Source of the DNA: Mycobacterium tuberculosis H37Rv
GTDB taxonomy: Bacteria > Actinomycetota > Actinomycetes > Mycobacteriales > Mycobacteriaceae
Assembly (NCBI RefSeq): GCF_000195955.2
Contig: NC_000962.3
Location: 1,740,001 to 1,772,000 of the forward strand
Direction: 5' to 3'
Length of the DNA stretch: 32,000 bases
The notes below the pieces were generated by a model that saw only the letters and a list, made by a program, of their open reading frames with translations, did not search any database and had not been told where the DNA came from. The position numbers and the translations under genes are program-made. Positions 1-11,296 of the stretch are shown piece after piece; within the stretch, counting starts at the first letter, position 1; each line of letters opens with the position of its first letter.

Positions 1-1247
1 CCCGATCGGCCATGCCGATGCATCAGGCCCGCAGGCTGATCGGGGTGACGGCCGTGGTGTTGCCGCCACGCGGGGTGGTGTACGGGATCGCCAGCCGCCG
101 GGTATTCGACACCGTGCGCGGCCTGGTGCCCGTCGTCGAACAGCTTTCTTTCGATGAAGCGTTCGCCGAACCGCCCCAACTCGCCGGGGCAGTGGCCGAG
201 GACGTCGAGACGTTCTGCGAACGGTTGCGGCGACGGGTGCGCGACGAGACCGGCCTGATTGCCTCGGTCGGAGCGGGCTCGGGCAAGCAGATCGCCAAGA
301 TTGCTTCTGGTCTGGCCAAACCCGACGGCATTCGGGTAGTCCGGCACGCTGAAGAGCAAGCGCTTCTCAGCGGATTGCCGGTACGACGGCTGTGGGGCAT
401 CGGCCCGGTCGCCGAGGAAAAGCTGCATCGGCTCGGCATCGAGACGATCGGGCAGCTGGCCGCGCTGAGCGATGCCGAGGCGGCCAACATCCTAGGCGCG
501 ACGATTGGGCCCGCGCTGCACCGGCTGGCCCGTGGCATCGACGACCGCCCAGTGGTGGAGCGCGCCGAAGCCAAGCAAATCAGCGCCGAGTCCACGTTCG
601 CCGTCGATCTGACCACCATGGAGCAATTGCACGAGGCGATCGACTCCATCGCTGAGCACGCGCACCAACGCCTGCTGCGCGACGGCCGCGGCGCCCGCAC
701 CATCACGGTGAAGCTAAAGAAATCCGACATGAGCACGCTAACCCGCTCGGCGACGATGCCCTACCCGACGACCGACGCCGGCGCGCTGTTTACGGTGGCC
801 CGCCGGCTGCTGCCGGATCCACTGCAAATCGGGCCAATTCGTCTTCTGGGTGTTGGGTTTTCGGGTTTGAGCGACATTCGCCAGGAGTCGTTGTTTGCCG
901 ACTCGGACTTGACGCAGGAAACGGCGGCAGCGCATTACGTCGAAACACCGGGAGCGGTCGTGCCGGCCGCGCACGACGCCACGATGTGGCGGGTCGGCGA
1001 TGACGTCGCCCACCCTGAGCTTGGGCACGGCTGGGTGCAGGGAGCGGGCCACGGCGTGGTCACCGTGCGGTTCGAAACGCGTGGTTCAGGCCCGGGCTCG
1101 GCGCGGACGTTCCCCGTCGACACCGGCGACATCAGCAACGCCAGCCCGCTTGACAGCTTGGACTGGCCGGACTACATCGGCCAGCTATCGGTCGAGGGGT
1201 CCGCCGGCGCCTCAGCCCCAACGGTCGATGACGTCGGCGACCGGTGA
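1..1247 (+). CDS. dinX: DNA polymerase IV (Y-family), 3' portion; 5' end lies outside the window
   Basis: Open frame runs in from the window start. Y-family motifs: [55 protein letters not shown], and little-finger region ESTFAVDL. Confidence 0.93.
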
Positions 1248-2192
1248 GTTGGCCGCCAGCGCGGCCATTAGCAGCACCCGGGCCTGGGACGGCGGCAGTC
1301 GCGGTACCATCACCGCGCCAGCCTCCACCAGGTCGTGCCCGGGACCATAGCCTGCGCCGACCCGCGCGCCGGCGACCCGGGTAGACACCGCGATCACCAC
1401 CGGATCGCTCCCGTCTCGACAGTGGCGACGGACTCCCTCGATCACGGCGGCCCCGGCATTGCCCGAGCCCAGCGCCTCCAGCACCACGGCGCGCGCGCCG
1501 GCTGCCACACAGGCGTCCATCGCCACCGCGTCACTTCCCGGATAGACGGCGACGATGTCGACTCGTGGCGCCACGGCAGCGCCCAGATCGCCGAGATAGG
1601 GCCGCGTCTTGGTGCGCGTCAGCCGCACCCCGCCCGACGTGAAGCCAAGCGACTCGCCGGCGAATCCGCACAGGTCCGGGTTGGCCACCTTGTGCAGGCC
1701 CAAAGGCTGTAACACCCGGCCGCCGAAACTCACCAGCACCCCGAGGTCGCGGGCGGCTGGGTCGGCGGCGACCGCAAGCGCGTCGCGCAGATTGGCCGGG
1801 CCATCGGCGCCGGGGGCATCGGCGCTGAGCATGGCCCCGGTCAACACGACCGGGCGGCTACCCGCATAGGTGAGGTCCAGCCACAGAGCGGTCTCTTCGA
1901 GCGTATCGGTGCCGTGAGTGATGACCACCCCATCTGCGCCGCCGCGGAATGCCTCCTGCACTGCAGCGCCTATCCGGTCCCAATCGGCCGGCGTCAACTT
2001 TGAGCTGTCCAGCGCCATGAGGTCGACTACTTCGATGTCGGAGTCCATGTCGAGACCGGCGATCAGCGTCGCCCCGCAATGGGTTGGCCGTAGCACCCCA
2101 TCGGGGCCGGCGGTGGTCGAGATTGTCCCTCCAGTAGTGATGACGGTGAGGCGGGCCATGATGGGATCATTGCGCACGTGGTTTGCTCCCAT
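1212..2192 (-). CDS. ansA: L-asparaginase, type I/II family; the start could instead be the internal ATG of [13 protein letters not shown] (about 2159)
   Basis: 326-aa ORF with N-terminal TTGGTIS and [20 protein letters not shown] active-site motifs. 3' end overlaps the dinX 3' end by 36 bp (convergent). Confidence 0.93.
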
Positions 2193-2243
2193 CCGGCCGC
2201 GGGGTCTGGGCGGGCCATATCGGCCCTAGGGGATGATGATGGT

Positions 2244-2852
2244 GTGCCTGACGAACCAACAGGATCGGCTGATCCGCTGACCTCGACCGAGGAAGCCGGG
2301 GGGGCGGGGGAACCTAACGCTCCCGCGCCGCCGCGACGGCTGCGCATGCTGCTGTCGGTCGCTGTGGTGGTGCTCACACTCGACATTGTCACCAAGGTGG
2401 TAGCTGTCCAACTGTTGCCGCCCGGCCAGCCGGTGTCGATTATCGGCGACACGGTGACCTGGACTCTGGTGCGTAATTCTGGGGCGGCCTTCTCGATGGC
2501 GACCGGATACACCTGGGTTTTGACGCTGATTGCGACGGGTGTCGTGGTCGGAATTTTCTGGATGGGGCGGCGGCTGGTATCGCCGTGGTGGGCGCTGGGT
2601 CTTGGGATGATCCTGGGCGGTGCCATGGGCAACCTGGTTGATCGCTTCTTTCGGGCACCGGGGCCGCTGCGCGGGCACGTCGTCGATTTCTTGTCGGTCG
2701 GCTGGTGGCCGGTGTTCAATGTCGCCGATCCGTCGGTAGTCGGTGGCGCCATCCTGCTGGTCATCCTGTCGATCTTTGGCTTTGACTTCGACACCGTAGG
2801 TCGGCGACACGCCGACGGGGACACCGTAGGTCGGCGCAAAGCCGATGGCTGA
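2244..2852 (+). CDS. lspA: Lipoprotein signal peptidase (signal peptidase II); GTG start at 2244 preferred over the ORF-track start at 2178
   Basis: 202 aa with multiple TM segments and conserved [29 protein letters not shown] and [24 protein letters not shown] motifs. Confidence 0.93.
2790..2849 (+). repeat. Imperfect tandem duplication, 2 x 30 bp, encoding [10 protein letters not shown] / [10 protein letters not shown]
   Basis: gacaccgtaggtcggcgacacgccgacggg followed immediately by gacaccgtaggtcggcgcaaagccgatggc. Confidence 0.9.
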
Positions 2853-3771
2853 CCGCTCAATGCCCGTTCCGGATGGATTGGCGGGAATGCGTGTTGACAC
2901 CGGACTGGCCCGCTTGCTGGGACTGTCTCGGACCGCTGCGGCTGCCCTCGCCGAAGAGGGCGCGGTCGAGCTGAATGGCGTGCCGGCCGGAAAGTCCGAT
3001 CGGCTCGTCTCCGGCGCCTTGCTGCAGGTGCGGTTGCCCGAGGCGCCCGCGCCGCTGCAGAACACCCCCATCGATATCGAGGGCATGACGATTCTGTATT
3101 CCGACGACGACATCGTTGCGGTCGACAAACCGGCTGCAGTTGCCGCGCATGCGTCGGTCGGCTGGACCGGACCGACGGTGCTCGGCGGACTCGCCGCCGC
3201 CGGGTACCGGATCACCACATCCGGGGTGCACGAGCGGCAGGGCATCGTGCATCGCCTCGACGTCGGGACCTCCGGGGTGATGGTAGTGGCGATCTCCGAG
3301 CGGGCGTACACCGTGCTGAAGCGGGCGTTCAAATACCGCACGGTGGACAAGCGGTACCACGCGCTGGTTCAAGGACATCCAGATCCGTCCAGCGGAACGA
3401 TCGACGCGCCGATCGGTCGTCATCGCGGCCATGAATGGAAGTTCGCGATCACCAAGAATGGCCGGCACAGCCTTACGCACTACGACACGCTGGAAGCGTT
3501 CGTGGCAGCCAGCCTGCTCGACGTGCATCTGGAAACTGGCCGCACCCACCAGATCCGGGTGCACTTCGCCGCGTTGCATCACCCATGTTGCGGCGACCTC
3601 GTTTACGGAGCTGATCCCAAGCTAGCGAAGAGGCTCGGGTTGGACCGTCAATGGCTGCACGCGCGTTCACTGGCGTTCGCTCATCCGGCCGACGGCCGGC
3701 GGGTGGAGATCGTCAGCCCGTATCCGGCCGATCTGCAGCACGCGCTAAAGATATTGCGTGGCGAGGGTTGA
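2845..3771 (+). CDS. RluD/RluA-family 23S rRNA pseudouridine synthase
   Basis: 308 aa with N-terminal S4-like domain and [17 protein letters not shown] catalytic motif; starts 8 bp inside the lspA end (translational overlap). Corresponds by synteny to Rv1540. Confidence 0.92.
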
Positions 3772-3777
3772 CCGGCA

Positions 3778-4371
3778 TCACGAGGTGCGGCAGACGAACG
3801 TGGCGCCATGGAAATCGAGGCGCACCTCGCCCTGGTGTTCCCAGTATTCAATGCCTTGGCGACCATACCGGGCGCCACTGCCGGACAGTTCGACGAACAC
3901 GATCACTTGGTCGCCTTTCCAGTTGAGCACGGCCGTCTTCGGGTCGAATTGGTTGTAGAACTGTGCGGTCAATGGGCCGTCCTGCGTGGGACACCGGTAG
4001 GTGAGGACGGGTGGAGTCGCGGTGGCGGGATCGGCGATTGCCAATTGGACCAGCCGGGTCTGGTAGGCCTCCTGCACACAGGTACGCGGGTCGGTGTCTT
4101 GCGCACAAGCATCACGCAGCATCGTCCAGCTGCTTTGTGCGGCTTCCAGCGCCGCCGAGCGTCGATGGGCCAGCGCCTGTTGATAGGCGGTCGAAAGCCG
4201 GTGGTCCAGACTGGTCAACTGCCGGTCGTGGCAAACCAGTTGCTGCACTATGGTTGCCGGTTTGGTGCAGTCGAGCGACTGCCCGGCGGTCGGCGAGGTT
4301 GTGTTAGCCGGAGGGTTTGCGGCGCAGGCGCTCAGAACCAGGGCGGTCACCAGGACGCCGATCCATCTCAT
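3778..4371 (-). CDS. lprI: Lysozyme-inhibitor lipoprotein LprI (N-terminal LprI domain, C-terminal MliC-like region)
   Basis: 197 aa, lipobox LVLSACAAN, Cys-containing repeats CTKPATIVQQLVCHDRQL and CAQDTDPRTCVQEAY. Confidence 0.9.
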   Translation of the reverse strand: MRWIGVLVTALVLSACAANPPANTTSPTAGQSLDCTKPATIVQQLVCHDRQLTSLDHRLSTAYQQALAHRRSAALEAAQSSWTMLRDACAQDTDPRTCVQEAYQTRLVQLAIADPATATPPVLTYRCPTQDGPLTAQFYNQFDPKTAVLNWKGDQVIVFVELSGSGARYGRQGIEYWEHQGEVRLDFHGATFVCRTS

Positions 4372-4425
4372 GGAAACGGACTACCCGGCTACCGACGCGG
4401 TGTCCAGCGCGACACGCCACAGGGC

Positions 4426-4836
4426 TCAGACTGGTGCCGTGGTGCTCTCGCCCGATGTGACGTCGACCGCCAGCGGCGCGATGACGCCGAGGATTTCCGT
4501 GATCGTTTCGGAGGGCACGCCGGCTGCGGTCAGCGCGTCGGCCAAGTGTCCGGCGACCAGGCTGAAGTGGTGCATGGTAATTCCGCGCCCCTGATGGACT
4601 TGCTTCATCGGCGCACCGGTATAGGGCTCGGGCCCGCCAAGCGCGGCCGCGAAAAACTCCACCTGCTTGCCCTTGAGGCGGCTCATGTTCGTACCGCTGA
4701 AGAAGGCCGATAGTTGGTCATCGGCAAGCACACGAACATAGAAGTCCTCGACGACGACTTCGATGGCCTCATGCCCGCCGATCTTGTCGTAGATGCTGAT
4801 CGGCTCACGTTTGCGCAAGCGTGACAGTAGTCCCAT
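4426..4836 (-). CDS. glbN: Truncated haemoglobin, group I (trHbN)
   Basis: 136 aa; [32 protein letters not shown] and [22 protein letters not shown] (proximal His region) are diagnostic. Confidence 0.96.
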   Translation of the reverse strand: MGLLSRLRKREPISIYDKIGGHEAIEVVVEDFYVRVLADDQLSAFFSGTNMSRLKGKQVEFFAAALGGPEPYTGAPMKQVHQGRGITMHHFSLVAGHLADALTAAGVPSETITEILGVIAPLAVDVTSGESTTAPV

Positions 4837-4894
4837 CGTGCCAGGGGACCATGCCGGCGTTGCCTGCCGGTTAGGTCGCGATCACGCTCGGATT

Positions 4895-4914
4895 ATCAGC
4901 TGTAACAAGCTGAT
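4895..4914. promoter_or_regulatory. Candidate operator: inverted repeat ATCAGCT-GTAACA-AGCTGAT
   Basis: Perfect 7-bp arms with 6-bp spacer in the intergenic region between divergent glbN and the SDR gene. Confidence 0.4.
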
Positions 4915-5063
4915 TGCCGCCAACGTCGCACAGATCCCGTCGCAAACAGATCCTTGGTCGCCGCACCGGCCGGTAGTGGACTCCATTCATCAGCTCATGT
5001 GCTAGTAGGTTGGCTTCATGACCCGTGTCCATCACCCCACGCCGCCATCAGGAGCTACCCACG

Positions 5064-6089
5064 ATGAATCTTGGTGACTTAACGAACTTCGTCGAGAAGC
5101 CGCTCGCGGCGGTGTCCAACATCGTCAACACCCCGAACTCGGCCGGGCGATATCGGCCCTTCTACTTGCGCAACTTGCTCGATGCGGTGCAGGGCCGCAA
5201 CCTCAATGATGCTGTCAAGGGCAAGGTTGTCCTCATCACTGGTGGGTCATCAGGCATCGGTGCGGCGGCCGCGAAGAAAATTGCCGAGGCCGGCGGCACG
5301 GTGGTGTTGGTCGCACGCACCCTGGAAAACCTCGAGAACGTCGCCAACGACATACGGGCGATCCGAGGCAACGGTGGGACCGCCCACGTCTACCCGTGCG
5401 ATCTATCCGACATGGATGCGATTGCCGTGATGGCCGACCAGGTGCTCGGCGACCTCGGCGGCGTCGACATCTTGATCAACAACGCGGGCCGGTCAATTCG
5501 GCGCTCGTTGGAGTTGTCCTATGACCGGATCCACGATTACCAGCGAACGATGCAGCTCAACTACCTCGGCGCGGTCCAGCTGATCCTGAAGTTCATCCCC
5601 GGAATGCGAGAACGCCACTTCGGGCATATCGTCAACGTTTCCTCAGTCGGCGTGCAGACCCGCGCGCCGCGCTTCGGCGCTTACATCGCCAGCAAGGCCG
5701 CGCTGGACAGCCTGTGTGATGCGTTGCAAGCCGAGACCGTGCACGACAACGTCCGATTCACCACCGTGCACATGGCATTGGTAAGGACTCCAATGATCAG
5801 CCCGACCACGATCTACGACAAGTTTCCCACGCTGACGCCGGATCAGGCGGCCGGTGTGATCACCGATGCCATCGTGCATCGGCCCCGGCGAGCCAGCTCA
5901 CCGTTCGGACAGTTCGCCGCCGTTGCCGACGCCGTCAACCCCGCGGTGATGGACCGGGTACGTAACCGTGCCTTCAACATGTTCGGCGACTCGTCCGCAG
6001 CCAAGGGAAGTGAATCCCAAACCGACACATCAGAACTCGACAAGCGAAGCGAGACGTTTGTGCGGGCCACCCGAGGGATCCATTGGTGA
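5064..6089 (+). CDS. Short-chain dehydrogenase/reductase, possible fatty acyl-CoA reductase
   Basis: 341 aa from the ATG at 5064, preceded by AGGAG; VVLITGGSSGIG, NNAGRSI, and YIASKAAL motifs. Corresponds to Rv1543. Confidence 0.9.
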   Translation: MNLGDLTNFVEKPLAAVSNIVNTPNSAGRYRPFYLRNLLDAVQGRNLNDAVKGKVVLITGGSSGIGAAAAKKIAEAGGTVVLVARTLENLENVANDIRAIRGNGGTAHVYPCDLSDMDAIAVMADQVLGDLGGVDILINNAGRSIRRSLELSYDRIHDYQRTMQLNYLGAVQLILKFIPGMRERHFGHIVNVSSVGVQTRAPRFGAYIASKAALDSLCDALQAETVHDNVRFTTVHMALVRTPMISPTTIYDKFPTLTPDQAAGVITDAIVHRPRRASSPFGQFAAVADAVNPAVMDRVRNRAFNMFGDSSAAKGSESQTDTSELDKRSETFVRATRGIHW

Positions 6090-6093
6090 CACC

Positions 6094-6897
6094 ATGAGCC
6101 TTCCGAAACCGAACAATCAGACCACCGTTGTGATCACCGGCGCCTCCTCCGGCATCGGTGTCGAATTGGCTCGTGGCTTGGCCGGCCGCGGCTTCCCACT
6201 GATGCTAGTGGCGCGGCGCCGCGAGCGCCTCGACGAACTGGCCGATCAGCTGCGCCAGGAACACTGCGTCGGGGTGGAGGTCTTGCCGCTCGACCTTGCC
6301 GATACGCAAGCGAGGGCACAGCTGGCTGATCGCTTGCGTAGTGATGCGATTGCCGGGCTGTGCAACAGCGCAGGTTTCGGCACCAGTGGGCGTTTTTGGG
6401 AGTTGCCGTTCGCACGCGAAAGCGAGGAAGTCGTCCTCAATGCTCTGGCGTTAATGGAACTCACCCATGCCGCACTGCCAGGCATGGTCAAGCGCGGCGC
6501 CGGTGCGGTGCTCAACATCGCCTCGATCGCGGGTTTCCAGCCGATTCCCTATATGGCCGTGTATTCGGCTACCAAAGCCTTTGTGCTGACGTTCTCTGAA
6601 GCCGTGCAGGAGGAGCTGCACGGAACGGGCGTGTCGGTGACTGCCCTGTGCCCAGGCCCGGTACCCACCGAGTGGGCCGAGATCGCCAGCGCCGAGCGGT
6701 TCAGCATTCCCCTCGCCCAAGTTTCGCCGCACGACGTCGCCGAAGCCGCCATCGCCGGGATGCTCTCCGGTAAGCGCACCGTCGTGCCGGGCATAGTGCC
6801 AAAGTTCGTCAGCACCAGCGGCAGATTCGCTCCGCGCAGCCTGCTGCTGCCCGCGATCCGGATCGGCAACCGGCTGCGCGGCGGGCCCAGCCGCTGA
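6094..6897 (+). CDS. Short-chain dehydrogenase/reductase (ketoacyl reductase-like)
   Basis: 267 aa from the ATG at 6094; VVITGASSGIGVELARGLAGRGF, CNSAG, YSATKAFVLTFSEAVQEEL, CPGPVPT. Starts 4 bp after the upstream SDR stop. Corresponds to Rv1544. Confidence 0.9.
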   Translation: MSLPKPNNQTTVVITGASSGIGVELARGLAGRGFPLMLVARRRERLDELADQLRQEHCVGVEVLPLDLADTQARAQLADRLRSDAIAGLCNSAGFGTSGRFWELPFARESEEVVLNALALMELTHAALPGMVKRGAGAVLNIASIAGFQPIPYMAVYSATKAFVLTFSEAVQEELHGTGVSVTALCPGPVPTEWAEIASAERFSIPLAQVSPHDVAEAAIAGMLSGKRTVVPGIVPKFVSTSGRFAPRSLLLPAIRIGNRLRGGPSR

Positions 6898-6918
6898 TGT
6901 GAGGGGCGTTCCGGCCTG

Positions 6919-7146
6919 GTGCCGAACGGAGTGCTGGGCCTGGGCAATCCCAGCCGGCTAGCCGCGTTGTATGGGTTGCAGCTGGCGCACGAGTCGCAGT
7001 GCTGCCAGATGCACAATTTGCCCTCTGCAGCGCGACAAGTCACTGTTGCGTGTCGCGAGGAGGTGGGCATAACGACCATCCTTGCCGGCAGAGACGAATG
7101 CGGCGTGTGTGACAAGACAGCTGGGTTGGATGGCGCCGCTCCTTAG
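6919..7146 (+). CDS. Small hypothetical protein (75 aa); weakly supported
   Basis: ORF in the otherwise empty gap between the SDR and SRPBCC genes; matches the position and size of annotated Rv1545. No recognisable domain, GTG start. Confidence 0.35.
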   Translation: MPNGVLGLGNPSRLAALYGLQLAHESQCCQMHNLPSAARQVTVACREEVGITTILAGRDECGVCDKTAGLDGAAP

Positions 7147-7194
7147 CGGGCCATAGCGCACGGCCCGCTTCGTCGCCGGCGCTAGTCTCATGCG

Positions 7195-7626
7195 ATGGCC
7201 TCTGTTGAGCTGTCCGCTGACGTCCCCATCAGCCCGCAGGACACGTGGGACCACGTTTCGGAGCTGTCAGAGTTGGGGGAGTGGCTCGTCATCCATGAGG
7301 GGTGGCGCAGCGAGTTGCCTGATCAACTGGGCGAAGGCGTCCAGATCGTGGGTGTCGCGCGGGCCATGGGCATGCGCAACCGGGTTACGTGGCGGGTGAC
7401 CAAGTGGGACCCGCCACATGAGGTCGCGATGACAGGATCCGGGAAGGGTGGAACAAAGTACGGAGTCACCCTCACCGTGCGACCCACAAAAGGCGGGTCG
7501 GCGCTGGGGCTGCGTCTCGAGCTGGGCGGGCGTGCGCTGTTCGGCCCGCTGGGTTCGGCGGCGGCTCGCGCCGTCAAGGGCGACGTCGAGAAGTCGCTTA
7601 AGCAGTTCGCCGAGCTATACGGCTAG
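7195..7626 (+). CDS. SRPBCC / polyketide cyclase-dehydrase-like (START fold) protein
   Basis: 143 aa; N-terminal [29 protein letters not shown]... and C-terminal helix [18 protein letters not shown] are typical. Corresponds to Rv1546. Confidence 0.85.
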
Positions 7627-7693
7627 CCGCTAGAAGACACACTTTGCGACACGCCCGAACGGTGTCGGTCCTCGGTCATAGACTGGCGTCCCT

Positions 7694-10600
7694 ATGAGCG
7701 GTTCATCTGCGGGGTCCTCCTTCGTGCACCTGCACAACCACACCGAGTATTCGATGCTGGACGGTGCCGCGAAGATCACGCCCATGCTCGCCGAGGTGGA
7801 GCGGCTGGGGATGCCCGCGGTGGGGATGACCGACCACGGAAACATGTTCGGTGCCAGCGAGTTCTACAACTCCGCGACCAAGGCCGGGATCAAGCCGATC
7901 ATCGGCGTGGAGGCATACATCGCGCCGGGCTCGCGGTTCGACACCCGGCGCATCCTGTGGGGTGACCCCAGCCAAAAGGCCGACGACGTCTCCGGCAGCG
8001 GCTCCTACACGCACCTGACGATGATGGCCGAGAACGCCACCGGTCTGCGCAACCTGTTCAAGCTGTCCTCGCATGCTTCCTTCGAGGGCCAGCTGAGCAA
8101 GTGGTCGCGCATGGACGCCGAGCTCATCGCCGAACACGCCGAGGGCATCATCATCACCACCGGATGCCCGTCGGGGGAGGTGCAGACCCGCCTGCGGCTC
8201 GGCCAGGATCGGGAGGCGCTCGAAGCCGCGGCGAAGTGGCGGGAGATCGTCGGACCGGACAACTACTTCCTTGAGCTGATGGACCACGGGCTGACCATCG
8301 AACGCCGGGTCCGTGACGGTCTGCTCGAGATCGGACGCGCGCTCAACATTCCGCCTCTTGCCACCAATGACTGCCACTACGTGACCCGCGACGCCGCCCA
8401 CAACCATGAGGCTTTGTTGTGTGTGCAGACCGGCAAGACCCTCTCGGATCCGAATCGCTTCAAGTTCGACGGTGACGGCTACTACCTGAAGTCGGCCGCC
8501 GAGATGCGCCAGATCTGGGACGACGAAGTGCCGGGCGCGTGTGACTCCACCTTGTTGATCGCCGAACGGGTGCAGTCCTACGCCGACGTGTGGACACCGC
8601 GCGACCGGATGCCCGTGTTTCCGGTGCCCGATGGGCATGACCAGGCGTCCTGGCTGCGTCACGAGGTGGACGCCGGGCTTCGCCGGCGATTTCCGGCCGG
8701 TCCGCCGGACGGGTACCGCGAGCGCGCCGCCTACGAGATCGACGTCATCTGCTCCAAAGGTTTCCCATCGTACTTTCTGATCGTCGCCGACCTGATCAGC
8801 TACGCGCGGTCGGCGGGCATAAGGGTGGGTCCCGGCCGCGGCTCGGCCGCCGGCTCGCTGGTCGCCTACGCGCTGGGCATCACCGACATCGACCCGATTC
8901 CACACGGTCTGCTGTTCGAGCGGTTCCTCAACCCCGAGCGCACCTCGATGCCCGACATCGATATCGACTTCGACGACCGGCGCCGCGGTGAGATGGTGCG
9001 CTACGCAGCCGACAAGTGGGGCCACGACCGGGTCGCGCAGGTCATCACCTTCGGCACCATCAAAACCAAAGCGGCGCTGAAGGATTCGGCGCGAATCCAC
9101 TACGGGCAGCCCGGGTTCGCCATCGCCGACCGGATCACCAAGGCGTTGCCGCCGGCGATCATGGCCAAAGACATCCCGCTGTCTGGGATCACCGATCCCA
9201 GCCACGAACGGTACAAGGAGGCCGCCGAGGTCCGCGGCCTGATCGAAACCGACCCGGACGTACGCACCATCTACCAGACCGCACGCGGGTTGGAAGGCCT
9301 GATCCGCAACGCGGGTGTGCACGCCTGCGCGGTGATCATGAGCAGCGAGCCGCTGACTGAGGCCATCCCGTTGTGGAAGCGGCCGCAGGACGGGGCCATC
9401 ATCACCGGCTGGGATTACCCGGCGTGCGAGGCCATCGGTCTGCTGAAAATGGACTTCCTGGGCCTGCGGAACCTGACGATCATCGGCGACGCGATCGACA
9501 ACGTCAGGGCCAACAGGGGTATCGACCTCGACCTGGAATCCGTGCCGCTGGACGACAAGGCCACCTATGAGCTGCTGGGCCGCGGCGACACCCTGGGCGT
9601 GTTCCAGCTCGACGGCGGGCCCATGCGCGACCTGCTGCGCCGCATGCAGCCGACCGGGTTCGAAGACGTCGTCGCCGTTATCGCGCTGTACCGGCCCGGC
9701 CCGATGGGCATGAACGCACACAACGACTATGCCGACCGCAAGAACAACCGGCAGGCCATCAAACCTATTCACCCGGAACTCGAAGAACCGCTGCGCGAGA
9801 TCCTCGCCGAGACCTACGGCCTCATCGTCTATCAAGAGCAGATCATGCGCATCGCGCAGAAGGTGGCGAGCTACTCGTTGGCCCGCGCCGACATTCTACG
9901 CAAGGCCATGGGCAAGAAGAAACGCGAGGTGCTGGAGAAGGAGTTCGAGGGCTTCTCCGATGGCATGCAGGCCAACGGGTTCTCTCCGGCGGCCATCAAG
10001 GCGCTGTGGGACACCATCCTGCCGTTCGCTGACTACGCGTTCAACAAGTCACATGCCGCCGGCTACGGCATGGTGTCCTACTGGACGGCCTACCTCAAGG
10101 CCAACTATCCCGCCGAGTACATGGCCGGTCTGTTGACGTCGGTCGGCGACGATAAAGACAAGGCCGCGGTTTATCTGGCCGACTGCCGCAAGCTCGGCAT
10201 CACCGTGCTCCCGCCCGACGTCAACGAATCTGGCTTGAACTTCGCATCGGTCGGCCAAGACATCCGCTACGGGCTGGGCGCGGTGCGCAACGTTGGCGCT
10301 AATGTCGTGGGCTCGTTGCTCCAAACCCGCAACGACAAGGGCAAGTTCACCGACTTTTCGGACTACCTGAACAAGATCGACATCTCGGCGTGCAACAAGA
10401 AGGTGACCGAATCGCTGATCAAGGCGGGTGCGTTCGACTCGCTGGGGCATGCCCGCAAGGGTCTTTTCCTGGTGCACAGCGATGCGGTGGACTCGGTGCT
10501 GGGCACCAAGAAGGCCGAGGCACTGGGGCAGTTCGATCTCTTCGGCAGCAATGATGATGGGACCGGCACCGCAGATCCCGTGTTCACCATCAAGGTGCCC

Positions 10601-11248
10601 GATGATGAGTGGGAGGACAAACACAAACTCGCCCTAGAGCGCGAGATGCTGGGACTGTACGTCTCGGGGCATCCCCTCAACGGTGTGGCACACTTGCTGG
10701 CTGCCCAGGTCGACACCGCGATCCCAGCGATCCTCGACGGCGATGTCCCCAACGATGCCCAAGTGCGGGTGGGCGGCATCCTGGCGTCGGTGAACCGGAG
10801 GGTCAACAAAAACGGAATGCCATGGGCTTCAGCGCAATTGGAGGATCTCACGGGCGGCATCGAGGTGATGTTCTTCCCGCACACCTACTCCAGCTATGGT
10901 GCCGACATCGTCGACGATGCCGTCGTGCTGGTCAACGCCAAGGTGGCGGTCCGTGACGACCGCATCGCATTGATCGCCAATGACCTCACAGTGCCCGACT
11001 TTTCCAACGCCGAGGTGGAGCGGCCGCTGGCGGTCAGCTTGCCCACCCGGCAGTGCACCTTTGACAAGGTGAGTGCGCTCAAACAGGTGTTGGCGCGCCA
11101 CCCCGGCACCTCGCAGGTGCATCTGCGGCTCATCAGCGGAGACCGGATCACCACGCTGGCACTTGATCAGTCGTTGCGGGTGACGCCGTCGCCGGCGTTG
11201 ATGGGTGACCTCAAGGAGCTGCTCGGCCCTGGATGTCTGGGGAGTTAG
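7694..11248 (+). CDS. dnaE1: DNA polymerase III alpha subunit, replicative
   Basis: 1184 aa; N-terminal PHP domain [92 protein letters not shown]-terminal OB fold. Confidence 0.98.
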
Positions 11249-11296
11249 CGAGGCGACCGCCCCCAGCGGTTTCCGCACGATCGCCCGTGAGCGCCG

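Noticed and set aside
2226-3350. 374-aa minus-strand ORF across lspA and the pseudouridine synthase gene
   Set aside because: Antisense to two well-supported genes; low-complexity Ser/Pro/Thr-rich translation typical of shadow frames.
7703-9835. 710-aa ORF antisense to dnaE1
   Set aside because: Shadow ORF caused by high GC and codon bias; the sense frame encodes unmistakable DnaE1 and the antisense product (His/Val/Gly/Arg-rich) has no recognisable domain.
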